Shown piece after piece: positions 28,606-38,089 of a stretch of DNA of 64,000 bases; position 1 is the stretch's first letter, and the number at the start of each line of letters is the position of its first letter. Source of the DNA: Bacteroidota bacterium (GTDB taxonomy: Bacteria; Bacteroidota; Bacteroidia; 2-12-FULL-35-15); assembly GCA_025963715.1 (NCBI GenBank), contig JAOQAG010000024.1, forward strand, positions 1,155 to 65,154. Reading direction: 5' to 3'. The notes below the pieces were generated by a model that saw only the letters and a program-made list of their open reading frames with translations, was not told the DNA's origin and did no database searches. The position numbers and the translations under genes were made by a program.

Positions 28606-29822
28606 CCAAAGGAAACAGAAAATATATTATTGTGCTGGCACTCTGTTTCATCGGATTGATCACCATTCAGTTATTGGCTCCAAAACCAATCAACTGGAAC
28701 CTTTCGTATTCTAAAAAAGACAAGATCCCATACGGCACTTCTGCTTTGTACAATGTGCTTCCGGATCTGTTTCCGGGGCAGCAGATCACAGATGCATCCA
28801 TGCCGGTTTATAATACGCTGACCGAGAACAACACTGCTGCCGCTAATTATATTGTTATCAATGCGCTGTTCCAGGTTGATTCACTCGACATGCGCAACCT
28901 TTTTAATTTTGTAGAAAAAGGAAACAGCGCATTTATTGCAGCCAATGATTTTGAAGGTGTTTTTGCTGATTCATTAAAATTAGGTACCACTGATTTTAAT
29001 GATCTTAATTTAAAAAAGAAAAAAGATAACTCTGCAGTTAGCGCTATTTACAATTACCCCGGTATTAATTTTATCAATCCCGCTTTAAAGAACAATGACG
29101 GATACCAGTATACAAAATGTTTTGACAATGTTTGTTTCAGTTCTTTCGATACATCAAAAGCAACTGTTTTAGGAAATAATACAAGTGGCCGGATAAATTT
29201 TATTTCCATGAAGATCGGAAAAGGCACGATCTACATCAGCACTGTTCCCGAAGCATTTTGCAATTACAATGTGGTGCATGAAAAAAACCAGGATTATGCA
29301 AGTAAAGCGCTTTCGTATTTACCCTTACAGCCCATTATCTGGGATGAATATTACAAAGCAAATAACAAAGTCCGGGAAAGTATTTTAAGGGTGATCTTTA
29401 ATAATCCTGCATTATCCATGGCGTATTATATTTTGCTGTTTGCCCTGATTTGTTTTATGGTTTTTGCTGCAAAACGCAAGCAACGCATCATTCCGGTGAT
29501 AGAGCCATTGCAAAATACAACGCTGCAGTTTGTGGATATTGTAGGCTCTTTATATTATCAAACCAGGGATCATAAAAACATTGCGGATAAAAAAATAATT
29601 TACTTTTTAGAATATATCCGTACCGCATTCCAGGTAAAAACAAATGTATACGATGATGTTTTTATCAGGCGGATCTCTGATCTGTCGGGGATAGACGACC
29701 AGCAGGTAAAAGAATTATTCTATTATTTTTCGGAGATCGGCATTAAACAAACAATCACGCAACAGGAACTGATCAGGCTCAACAAAATGATCGGGGCGTT
29801 TCACAAACTAAACAAACGATAA
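28602..29822 (+). CDS. DUF4350 domain protein
   Basis: N-terminal TM anchor plus a large extracytoplasmic domain and a C-terminal TM. The architecture and position match DUF4350 in MoxR/DUF58 clusters. GTG start is coupled to the upstream stop. Confidence 0.65.
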   Translation: MTKGNRKYIIVLALCFIGLITIQLLAPKPINWNLSYSKKDKIPYGTSALYNVLPDLFPGQQITDASMPVYNTLTENNTAAANYIVINALFQVDSLDMRNLFNFVEKGNSAFIAANDFEGVFADSLKLGTTDFNDLNLKKKKDNSAVSAIYNYPGINFINPALKNNDGYQYTKCFDNVCFSSFDTSKATVLGNNTSGRINFISMKIGKGTIYISTVPEAFCNYNVVHEKNQDYASKALSYLPLQPIIWDEYYKANNKVRESILRVIFNNPALSMAYYILLFALICFMVFAAKRKQRIIPVIEPLQNTTLQFVDIVGSLYYQTRDHKNIADKKIIYFLEYIRTAFQVKTNVYDDVFIRRISDLSGIDDQQVKELFYYFSEIGIKQTITQQELIRLNKMIGAFHKLNKR

Positions 29823-29837
29823 TCAATTTATAAACAC

Positions 29838-30815
29838 ATGGAAGAAAATATTTTTCAAAACAGGGTTGATCTAAGCCGTTTACAGCAAGCCGTAAGCAGC
29901 ATTAAAAACGAAGTAAGCAAAATAATTGTCGGGCAGGATCAAATGATCGACTTATTAATTGCCGCTATTTTAGCCGATGGACATGTGCTGATAGAAGGTG
30001 TTCCGGGAGTTGCAAAAACGCTGACAGCAAAATTACTTTCCAAAACATTGTCTGTTGATTTTTCGCGGATCCAGTTCACACCCGACCTGATGCCTTCGGA
30101 TATTATCGGAACAAATGTGTACAATCTTAAAATATCGGATTTTGAATTTAAGCAAGGTCCTTTATTCTCCAATGTAATTCTGATCGATGAAATTAACCGT
30201 GCTCCTGCAAAAACACAATCCGCTTTGTTTGAAGCAATGGAGGAACGCCAGATCACCGTGGAAGGAAAAACCCACATACTTGCCGCTCCGTTTATTGTGC
30301 TTGCCACTCAAAATCCTATTGAGCAGGAAGGCACGTACCGTTTGCCGGAAGCGCAGCTCGACCGTTTTTTGTTTAAAATAGAAGTGGGTTATCCTTCACT
30401 GGAAGATGAAACAAAGATCATTTCGGATTTTCATCTCCGCAAGGATAAAAACGATATTACCATCATTAATGGTGTAATGAATACCGAAGATATAAAAAGC
30501 TACCGGGCGACTGTGAGCGAGATCCATGTGGAGGATCACCTGATCGGATACATTGCAAAAATAGTGAATCAAACACGTAACAATTCCTCTTTATACTTAG
30601 GCGCTTCGCCGCGTGCATCACTGGCAATACTTACCAGTGCAAAAGCAATTGCTGCTATGCGCGGACGCGATTTTGTAACACCGGATGATATTAAATTTGT
30701 TGCGACCGCCGTTTTAAAACACCGGATCATACTTACTCCTGAAAAAGAAATGGAAGGGATTACAACGAGTGAAGTGGTAAAACAGATCATCGAAAAGATA
30801 GAAGTGCCGAGATAA
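29838..30815 (+). CDS. MoxR-family AAA+ ATPase
   Basis: IVGQDQMIDLLIAAILADGHVLIEGVPGVAKT (Walker A) and LIDEINRAPAKTQSALFEAMEERQITV. Confidence 0.9.
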   Translation: MEENIFQNRVDLSRLQQAVSSIKNEVSKIIVGQDQMIDLLIAAILADGHVLIEGVPGVAKTLTAKLLSKTLSVDFSRIQFTPDLMPSDIIGTNVYNLKISDFEFKQGPLFSNVILIDEINRAPAKTQSALFEAMEERQITVEGKTHILAAPFIVLATQNPIEQEGTYRLPEAQLDRFLFKIEVGYPSLEDETKIISDFHLRKDKNDITIINGVMNTEDIKSYRATVSEIHVEDHLIGYIAKIVNQTRNNSSLYLGASPRASLAILTSAKAIAAMRGRDFVTPDDIKFVATAVLKHRIILTPEKEMEGITTSEVVKQIIEKIEVPR

Positions 30816-30818
30816 GGA

Positions 30819-31012
30819 AGTTCAAAGTTTAAAGTTCAAAAGTTCAAAGTTTGCTGTACGGATAACAAACAGGAACGAAACTGCGAATCTGTGCGTGAGG
30901 GAACCCGGATCAGACGGATGCTGCAGATCTTAACGGATTAAAAAACAGGATTACTGTTATAAAATTTGCAGGATCAAATTCCCCTCTTGAGAGGGGTTAG
31001 GGGTGTGTAATA
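30819..31012. repeat. repeat insertion block between MoxR and DUF58: family E (agttcaaagtttaaagttcaaa), family I (gataacaaacaggaacgaaac...cgaatctgtg), family A' (cccctcttgagaggggttaggggtgtg)
   Basis: Three different interspersed repeat families packed into an otherwise tight operon gap. Confidence 0.7.
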
Positions 31013-31088
31013 ACATACTTGTAAATTCATTTCTGCAGAGATAACAAAAAATAAAATTATTTAAATTACTATTATAAAACCATAAAGC

Positions 31089-32423
31089 GTGAAATCACTT
31101 TTTAAATCCCTTTACATTGCCAACCGCCTGTACTTTTTCCTCACGGCGGAAGTGGTATTGTTTGTACTCGGGTTTTTCTTTCCGCTGCTTTATAGCATTG
31201 CTCTTTACCTGACGGTGATCACTGCTGCTTTAATTGTGGTTGACTTTATTATTTTATTTTCAAACAAGAATGGATTTTTTGCCCGTCGCGATACGTACGA
31301 CAAACTTTCCAATGGCGATAAAAATTCGATCCAGCTTTTTGTAGAAAACAAATACATGTTCGCTGTAAAGATCAACGTGATCGATGAGCTGCCGTTTCAG
31401 TTCCAGTCGCGCAACATTTCATTTACACTGGCAGTTGAACCGGGCAAAAGCAAAACGCTTGAATATACTGTTATACCGGTAAAGCGTGGCGAGTATCATT
31501 TTGGCGCTATCAATATTTATGTAAAAAGTCCGGTTGGATTTATTGAAAAAAGGTACCGCTTTTCGCAGGACATGATGGTTCCGGTCTATCCTTCTTTTAT
31601 GCAAATGCGCAAGTACGAATTGCTTGCGATCTCCAACAGGCTAACCGATTCGGGATTAAAAAAAATCAGGAAAATAGGACGTAACAGTGAGTTTGATCAA
31701 ATAAAGGAATATGTTGCCGGTGATGATTACCGCACCATTAACTGGAAAGCCACTGCGCGTAAAAATAAATTAATGATCAACCAGTACCAGGATGAAAAAT
31801 CGCAGCAGGTGTATTCGGTTATTGATATGGGCCGCATCATGCGAATGCCGTTCGAAGGTTTAAGCTTGTTGGATTATGCCATCAACTCCAGCCTGGTGAT
31901 CTCCAACATTGCCATGCTTAAAAGCGATAAGGCGGGCATTGTAACGTTTTCAAACAAAGTGCAGTCGGTGCTGGTAGCTGATCGTAAAGGCGGACATTTA
32001 AACAAGATCCTTCAATTATTATACAATCAAAAAACGGGTTACCTGGAAAGTGATTACGAAAATTTATACCTCCATATCAAAACCCGCATCAATCAGCGAA
32101 GCTTGTTATTACTGTATACTAATTTTGAAAGCTTAGCGGGTTTACAACGCCAGATAAAATATTTGCGGCGGCTGGCAAAAGATCATTTACTGGTAGTGAT
32201 CTTTTTTGAAAATACAGAACTGCGCACGTATGTGGATAAACCTGCCGAAAGCACCGAAGAGATCTATGACAAGGTGATTGCGGAAAAATTTATTTATGAA
32301 AAAAAATTAATTACCCGTGAACTGGAAAAATATGGAATCCATACTATCTTAACCAGTCCGCAAAAACTCTCGGTAAATACCATTAATAAGTATTTGGAAT
32401 TAAAGATGCGTGGATTAATTTAG
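31089..32423 (+). CDS. DUF58 domain protein (MoxR partner, vWA-like)
   Basis: Two N-terminal TM helices. DDYRTINWKATARKNKLMINQYQDE is the DUF58 hallmark. Confidence 0.85.
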   Translation: MKSLFKSLYIANRLYFFLTAEVVLFVLGFFFPLLYSIALYLTVITAALIVVDFIILFSNKNGFFARRDTYDKLSNGDKNSIQLFVENKYMFAVKINVIDELPFQFQSRNISFTLAVEPGKSKTLEYTVIPVKRGEYHFGAINIYVKSPVGFIEKRYRFSQDMMVPVYPSFMQMRKYELLAISNRLTDSGLKKIRKIGRNSEFDQIKEYVAGDDYRTINWKATARKNKLMINQYQDEKSQQVYSVIDMGRIMRMPFEGLSLLDYAINSSLVISNIAMLKSDKAGIVTFSNKVQSVLVADRKGGHLNKILQLLYNQKTGYLESDYENLYLHIKTRINQRSLLLLYTNFESLAGLQRQIKYLRRLAKDHLLVVIFFENTELRTYVDKPAESTEEIYDKVIAEKFIYEKKLITRELEKYGIHTILTSPQKLSVNTINKYLELKMRGLI

Positions 32424-32431
32424 CCAGGAAC

Positions 32432-32929
32432 ATGGATTTCGAAGAAAAAAAGCCGAAGAAAAAACTCACACCTCAACAGGCGCTTATTAAAGGACAGGCG
32501 ACTTGTGCCTACCAGGAGCGCAGCCAGCAGGAAATGCGCGATAAGTTATATGAATGGGGCTTGTACAGTGAGGATGTGGAAAATATCATCGCAAGGCTGA
32601 TCACCGATAATTTTTTAAATGAGGAGCGTTTCGCGAAAGCATTTGCCGGCGGGAAATTCCGGATCAAAAAATGGGGAAGGGTAAAAATAAAGATCGAATT
32701 AAAAAAGCGGAAGATCTCGGATTACTGCATCCGCAAGGCAATGGAGGAAATTCCTGACAAGGAATATACAAAAACGATGAAAGAGGTGATCGCTAAAAAA
32801 TTAAGGGAAAACCCAAAAGGCAAGCAGCAGGTGCGCAATTACAAAGCGGCGCAATATGCTATTTCACGCGGTTTTGAAGGAGATCTGGTGTGGGATGTGC
32901 TGAGGGATCCGGACAATGAACAGGAATAA
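32432..32929 (+). CDS. recX: RecX-family regulatory protein
   Basis: Three-helix-repeat pattern (LTPQQALIKGQATCAYQERSQQEMRDKL...EDVENIIARL...EERFAKAF). It starts 9 bp after the DUF58 stop. No recA is adjacent. Confidence 0.65.
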   Translation: MDFEEKKPKKKLTPQQALIKGQATCAYQERSQQEMRDKLYEWGLYSEDVENIIARLITDNFLNEERFAKAFAGGKFRIKKWGRVKIKIELKKRKISDYCIRKAMEEIPDKEYTKTMKEVIAKKLRENPKGKQQVRNYKAAQYAISRGFEGDLVWDVLRDPDNEQE

Positions 32930-33068
32930 TTCTTTTGGTACAGATAACAAACAGGAACCAATCTACGAATCCGGGTGTAAACCGGGTACAAACAACTGAT
33001 CAGGAAAAAAGTTCAGAATGCTGCGATAGCCGGAATAAGCAGCAGGACGCTGCAAATTTACGGAAAGT

Positions 33069-33563
33069 CTACTTAATTTTTCCGGATCTCATCAACGAAT
33101 CAAGGCGCATGGATTGCGCTTTTTTATAGTTTGATACGCTTTTTGAATCGCTCCAGAAACCATCCGTTTTTTTTAGGTCTTCTTTATTAAGAACATAAAA
33201 TGAATAAACGAGAAGGCTTGTATTGCTTGCTGTTATTGTAGCATCAGGTGGGCTGATCCATGTAGCCGAAGAAAACTTCGCTTCATTATCCGTAATATCT
33301 TTCCCGTTCTTCAGTATTTTTAAACTTATGATTTTATGAAAGGAAGCTGTATCCAGGTAGAGGATCCCTTCTTTATTCATAACGTTTTTTCCTGCATTGT
33401 TGATGAGCGCGGGGTTGGTTGAGCCTACTACATAACACCAGCCCGAATAATCAGACGGTATTTCAATTTCTAATGGTGTGCTTTCTGATGCTTTTTTTTC
33501 CTTGCAAAAGGAAAAAAGCCCCAGTACAAAAAAGCCCAGGATAATGAATGTTGTTTTTTTCAT
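33069..33563 (-). CDS. lipoprotein, unknown function
   Basis: Signal peptide plus cysteine (LFSFCKEK). Confidence 0.5.
   Translation of the reverse strand: MKKTTFIILGFFVLGLFSFCKEKKASESTPLEIEIPSDYSGWCYVVGSTNPALINNAGKNVMNKEGILYLDTASFHKIISLKILKNGKDITDNEAKFSSATWISPPDATITASNTSLLVYSFYVLNKEDLKKTDGFWSDSKSVSNYKKAQSMRLDSLMRSGKIK
33103..33127 (+). terminator. candidate recX terminator (gcgcatggattgcgc + ttttttat), embedded in the 3' coding end of the convergent lipoprotein gene
   Basis: The hairpin and T-run are on the plus strand. The same bases encode ...KKAQSMRLDSL... on the minus strand. Confidence 0.45.
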
Positions 33564-33613
33564 GTTTTTATTTAGAGGATCAGGCCTGTCGATTGATTCT
33601 TCTGATGGTCCTG

Positions 33614-34093
33614 TTAATTCAACAAACCTGTTTCTTTCAGCACCGGTACCGCTTCCTGTTTGTATAATACCGAAATGGTGCGGCGCAATACTTTTCCTTC
33701 CGGCCCATCGAAATAAATTACCAAACGCGGATACGAAAAACGGGGTGTTTTAAAATAAACCGATTTTATTTTTTCCCGCGGGATCATTGGTGTTTTACTT
33801 CCGTTAAATCCATCCTGGATCCTTTTCAGGGAAAGCACCAGTAAAAACAAAGCGCCGTAATTAAGAGGCTGCTTAAAAAATCCCATTCCGTAATACGTGA
33901 TCGAAATGGCAACATATCCAAAAAGGAAAAAGAAGAGGATGTAATTTAAAACGCTGAAAATTCCCCAGCCTTCTCCCAGCTCATGTTCCAACGGAATACG
34001 CGTGGGTTGTTTGCTGTTGAAGATAAAAAGATTGGTATCGGAAATATGACAATATTCCCGTTTGCTGGTTCTGAAAAACTTTGTTTGCATCAT
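33614..34093 (-). CDS. small membrane protein, unknown function
   Basis: Two central hydrophobic helices. No motif recognised. Confidence 0.45.
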   Translation of the reverse strand: MMQTKFFRTSKREYCHISDTNLFIFNSKQPTRIPLEHELGEGWGIFSVLNYILFFFLFGYVAISITYYGMGFFKQPLNYGALFLLVLSLKRIQDGFNGSKTPMIPREKIKSVYFKTPRFSYPRLVIYFDGPEGKVLRRTISVLYKQEAVPVLKETGLLN

Positions 34094-34187
34094 GCTTGAT
34101 CCTTGCTATTGGCTATTGTTGATTTTAGCCGCTACAAAAATAGGGTTATTTCCCGTTCCGTTTGCGCATATTTATTAACTTTGGGGC

Positions 34188-35277
34188 ATGATTACTACAG
34201 ACCAACTAAAAGACCTTCGGGAGCGCACGGATGCGTTGAGGGGGCATCTTTGACGTCGACCGCAAATTACGGGAAATAGCCGAAGAAGAGGAAAAAGCAC
34301 TTGCTCCCAATTTCTGGGACAATCCTAAAAAAGCAGAAGAACTGCTGAAACAAACCAAGATCAAAAAAAACTGGACCAAGTCGTATGCTTCTTTAGCGGG
34401 CAGCATGGACGACCTGGAGCTGATGTATACTTTTTTTAAGGAAGGGGAAGCATCGGAAGAGGATGTGATGCAGCAATTTGGCCTTACAAGCACCTTGCTG
34501 GAAGAGATCGAGTTTAAGAACATGCTGAGCGGCAAGGAGGATATCCTGAGCTGCGTGGTGCAGATCAATGCCGGTGCCGGTGGTACCGAAAGCTGCGACT
34601 GGGCCGAAATGCTCATGCGCATGTACCTGATGTGGGGCGAAAAGAATGGATACAAGGTAAAAGAAACCGATCGCTCGGAAGGCGATGTGGCCGGAATTAA
34701 ATCGGTAACGCTGGAGTTTGAAGGCGATTATGCCTTTGGATATTTAAAAGGCGAAAACGGTGTACACCGCCTGGTGCGCATTTCCCCGTTTGATTCCAAT
34801 GCAAAACGGCATACGTCGTTTGCATCGGTGTATGCTTATCCGCTGATCGATGACACGATTGAGATCGATGTAAATCCCGGTGACCTGGAATTTGAAACGT
34901 TTCGCTCCGGCGGTGCGGGCGGACAAAATGTGAACAAGGTGGAAACGGCGGTACGACTGTATCACAAACCATCGGGTATCATCATCAAAAACCAGGAATC
35001 GCGCTCGCAATTGCAAAACAAAGAAAATGCGATCAAGTTATTGAAGTCGCAATTATTTGAAATTGAGCTGCGCAAACAACGCGAAGCGATTGATGCGATC
35101 GAAGGAAATAAAAAGAAAATTGAATGGGGATCTCAGATCCGTAATTATGTTTTTCATCCGTATAAACTGATCAAGGATGTGCGCACGGGTTACGAAACGT
35201 CCAATATACAGGCGGTGATGGATGGCGATCTCAAGGATTTTATAAAAGCGTATTTGATGGAGTATGGGAATAGTTAA
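34188..35277 (+). CDS. prfB: peptide chain release factor 2, expressed through a +1 programmed ribosomal frameshift
   Basis: Frame-0 [24 protein letters not shown] ends at an in-frame TGA inside AGGGGG CAT CTT TGA C (34239-34254). The +1 frame continues [14 protein letters not shown]... into the track ORF 34405..35277, which carries SPF and GGQ motifs. Confidence 0.9.
34239..34254 (+). other. prfB: prfB +1 frameshift site: internal SD-like AGGGGG, 3-nt spacer, slippery CUU, UGA, C
   Basis: Exact match to the canonical RF2 autoregulatory frameshift cassette. Confidence 0.85.
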
Positions 35278-35323
35278 CACCTCTCCCCTTCATCCCCTCT
35301 CCACAGGAGAAGGGGGCGAGGCG
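35278..35323. repeat. REP-like element, family A
   Basis: cacctctccccttcatcccctctccacaggagaagggggcgaggcg, directly after the prfB stop. Confidence 0.8.
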
Positions 35324-35373
35324 TAAAAAACCAGCCACTGTTGGCGCTTACATTATTAATATAACTTATATAG

Positions 35374-35784
35374 ATGGTAAAGAAAAACAAGAACAACAAT
35401 CGTCCTACACAGCCTCTCTCCCTTGAGGGGAGAGCCGGAGAGGGGTATATTGTTTATCACAATACGCGCTGCTCTAAAAGTCGCGAGGCTTGCAGTATTT
35501 TGGAAGAAGAAGGTGTAAAATTTGAGACCATCGAATATTTAAAAACGCCGCCAACACAAACAAAAATAAAAGAGCTAAAAATGCTGGGTATAAAAGCCGC
35601 AGAATTGGTGCGGAAGAGCGAACCTTTGTTCAGGGAAAAATTTGCAAATAAAAAATTAACGGAAACGCAATGGATCAAAATACTGGCAGAAAATCCGGTG
35701 TTGATCGAACGCCCGATTGTAGTAAAAGGCAACAAAGCGATCATCGGAAGGCCGCCGGAAAAGGTGCTGGAGCTGATCGGCTAA
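35374..35784 (+). CDS. ArsC/Spx-family (YffB-like) thioredoxin-fold protein
   Basis: IVYHNTRCSKSREA (CxxS/redox Cys near the N-terminus) and LIERPIVV. A 22-aa N-terminal extension contains a family-A'-like palindrome (ctctcccttgaggggagag), so the real start is uncertain. Confidence 0.7.
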   Translation: MVKKNKNNNRPTQPLSLEGRAGEGYIVYHNTRCSKSREACSILEEEGVKFETIEYLKTPPTQTKIKELKMLGIKAAELVRKSEPLFREKFANKKLTETQWIKILAENPVLIERPIVVKGNKAIIGRPPEKVLELIG

Positions 35785-36298
35785 AAACTATAGATTTTTT
35801 CCACCACATAAGGCACAAAGAAACACATAAGGCGAAGCGTGTTGCTGTGTTTGTAATGCTCCACTTGTTGTGCAGTTGTTGGGCGCTCATTATTTTTGCA
35901 TGGTTGGCCCAATGGGTTTTATCGGGTTTAAAGCTAAACAAATGTTTATATTGTTTTGAGGGGAACAAACAAACGGTTAAAATTATTTGACGAACGGTTA
36001 ACTACATTCCAAAATAGTAACCAATATTTAATCCGGCATTCCACAAATAACCAGTAACAGGCGCATCTATTATTTTTAAAACGCCGTACCTGAATGTCGG
36101 TTCAATTCGCAGATCATTCCTGCTGTTTAATCACTACTTTCCTTTGATCCATTTATTAAGCCTTTCAGCGAGTATGCCGCAATTAGGATGTTCTACCGAG
36201 CGGCAGGGGCACATTTGCAACAAAAAATAGTATCCGCCAGAGCTTAAAATAAAATGAGTATCCGGAACTTTGCACCATAAAAAGAATTTACTTTAAAA

Positions 36299-36393
36299 AC
36301 GTCATTGCGAGGGCTTTTCGCCCGAAGCAATCTCATTGTAGTTTTATACCCTGGTGTGAGATTGCTTCGGGCGAAAAGCCCTCGCAATGACGC
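36299..36393. repeat. long inverted repeat, family C (second copy)
   Basis: Arms near-identical to 24337-24431. The loop differs. Confidence 0.85.
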
Positions 36394-36463
36394 ATTGATT
36401 AAAACTTTTTCCAATAAAATAACTATGGCCTGGTATAAACTTTCCGACTTCATTTAAAATAAA

Positions 36464-37858
36464 TCAGTAATTACTGATGATTACTTTTTTTCTTACCAAA
36501 ACACTGTTTCCCTCAAGCACTTGTACAAAGTACAGCCCCGGCTGTAAAATTTCGCGTTGTATCGTAATAGTTTGCCCGCTTATGTTTTTTGTTTCTTTTA
36601 CAAGCTGCCCCAGGGCGTTAAAAACAGTAAGCGTTGCATTCCTCAACATTGCATCCGGATAGATGGTGGTTTCAGATGTAAAAGGATTGGGATAGATCCT
36701 CCCCTTTTCTGCAGCATTGTTTTCCTCAATACCGCTAAAGGCATTGATCTGGAATTTAAAAATTGTTCCAAGGCTGTCGGTTCCTCCCAACTCTGTCATC
36801 CCATATAAATTGGTACCATCCGAGATCAGGGAACCGCAGGCAAAATTTCCGCTTGTGTGCCCGTCAAAATCCATCATATCAGCAAAACCAGTTCCATCCG
36901 GTTTTATTTTAAACAAAACTCCTTTATCGTTTGCACCACCTACTGCCGTCATTCCATACAAAAATGTTCCATCGTAAAAAAGGGAACCTTCGGCAAAACG
37001 TCCGTTTGAAGCGCCTGCAAAATCAAGTAATTTTGAGTAATTTGTTCCATCCGTTTTTATTTTAAAAATGGTTCCGTCGTTATGCGCTCCTCCAAAGGAA
37101 TTCATTCCATATAAAAATGTTCCGTCATATATCAGCGAGCCGTATGCTCCGGTACCGCTTACAGTGTCATTAAAATCAAACAAATTCAAAGAGCCCGTGC
37201 CGTCCGGTTTTATTTTAAAGATCTCTCCGTTATTGTAAGCGCCACCGCCAAAGGTTAAACCGTAAAAATAAGTTCCGTCGTAAATAAGACTCCCCGGACC
37301 GGCACCGTTTAAAACATCAAAATCAAATACATTTGCATAGCCGGTGCCATCGGTATTGACCTTAAATAATATTCCGGCACTGTTTATTCCTCCGGCAGAG
37401 GTAGTGCCATACAATACGCCCCCAACAAGCACAAGAGGTGCCAGCGGATTATTACCGGTTAAAATGCTATCAAACGTGTGAAGCCTGGTATACCCTGTTC
37501 CATCCGGAAGTATTTTAAAAATTGTTCCATAATTATCAGCGTTACCGATAAAAGAAGTGGTTCCATATAAAAATACACCGTCCGAGATCAAAGGCCCAAA
37601 AGGAGTGGCTCCGGTGGTTGTGCTGTCAAAATCAAATAGCCTGGTAAACAGGCTTCCGTCGGGCTTTATTTTAAAGATAGTTCCAAAATTACCGGTACCG
37701 CCATGCAGCGCTGTTCCGTACAAAAATGTTCCGTCGAAAAAAAGATCTGTTTTAGGATTGCTTCCGGTTGAAATTCCTGTAAAATCGAGCAGTTTGGTAT
37801 ATTGTGCATTGGCAGCTACTGAAACCAGGAAGAAAAAGAAAATAAATTTTGTTTTCAT
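36464..37858 (-). CDS. secreted protein with about 8 GloVer (Gloeo_Verruco, choice-of-anchor) tandem repeats and T9SS type-A C-terminal sorting domain
   Basis: Signal peptide MKTKFIFFFFLVSVAANAQ. ~48-aa repeats of the form LYGTT..GG..N.GTIFKIKPDGTGY..L.DF. C-terminal RIYPNPFTSETTIY...GLYFVQV. Confidence 0.75.
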   Translation of the reverse strand: MKTKFIFFFFLVSVAANAQYTKLLDFTGISTGSNPKTDLFFDGTFLYGTALHGGTGNFGTIFKIKPDGSLFTRLFDFDSTTTGATPFGPLISDGVFLYGTTSFIGNADNYGTIFKILPDGTGYTRLHTFDSILTGNNPLAPLVLVGGVLYGTTSAGGINSAGILFKVNTDGTGYANVFDFDVLNGAGPGSLIYDGTYFYGLTFGGGAYNNGEIFKIKPDGTGSLNLFDFNDTVSGTGAYGSLIYDGTFLYGMNSFGGAHNDGTIFKIKTDGTNYSKLLDFAGASNGRFAEGSLFYDGTFLYGMTAVGGANDKGVLFKIKPDGTGFADMMDFDGHTSGNFACGSLISDGTNLYGMTELGGTDSLGTIFKFQINAFSGIEENNAAEKGRIYPNPFTSETTIYPDAMLRNATLTVFNALGQLVKETKNISGQTITIQREILQPGLYFVQVLEGNSVLVRKKVIISNY

Positions 37859-38089
37859 CGTGCATCGTTGTTTGTGATCGTTGTATTGAAAATACATTCA
37901 CTATAAAAATACACTTTTTAGTAATTGCCAGTGAAGCGGGGGGAATAAAAACCGCCCCGCAGAGATGCGGGGCGGTTAATATAAACGTTTTATTGTATCA
38001 CTATTTTTTTGCTGCCTGTAATGATTACAGGCGGTTTTTGTTTTGTTACTTTTCACACGTATTACCTGATACAAACTACTAAATACTAA

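Noticed and set aside
36244-36453. 69-aa minus-strand ORF
   Set aside because: It spans the family C long inverted repeat, so it is palindrome-derived and not coding.
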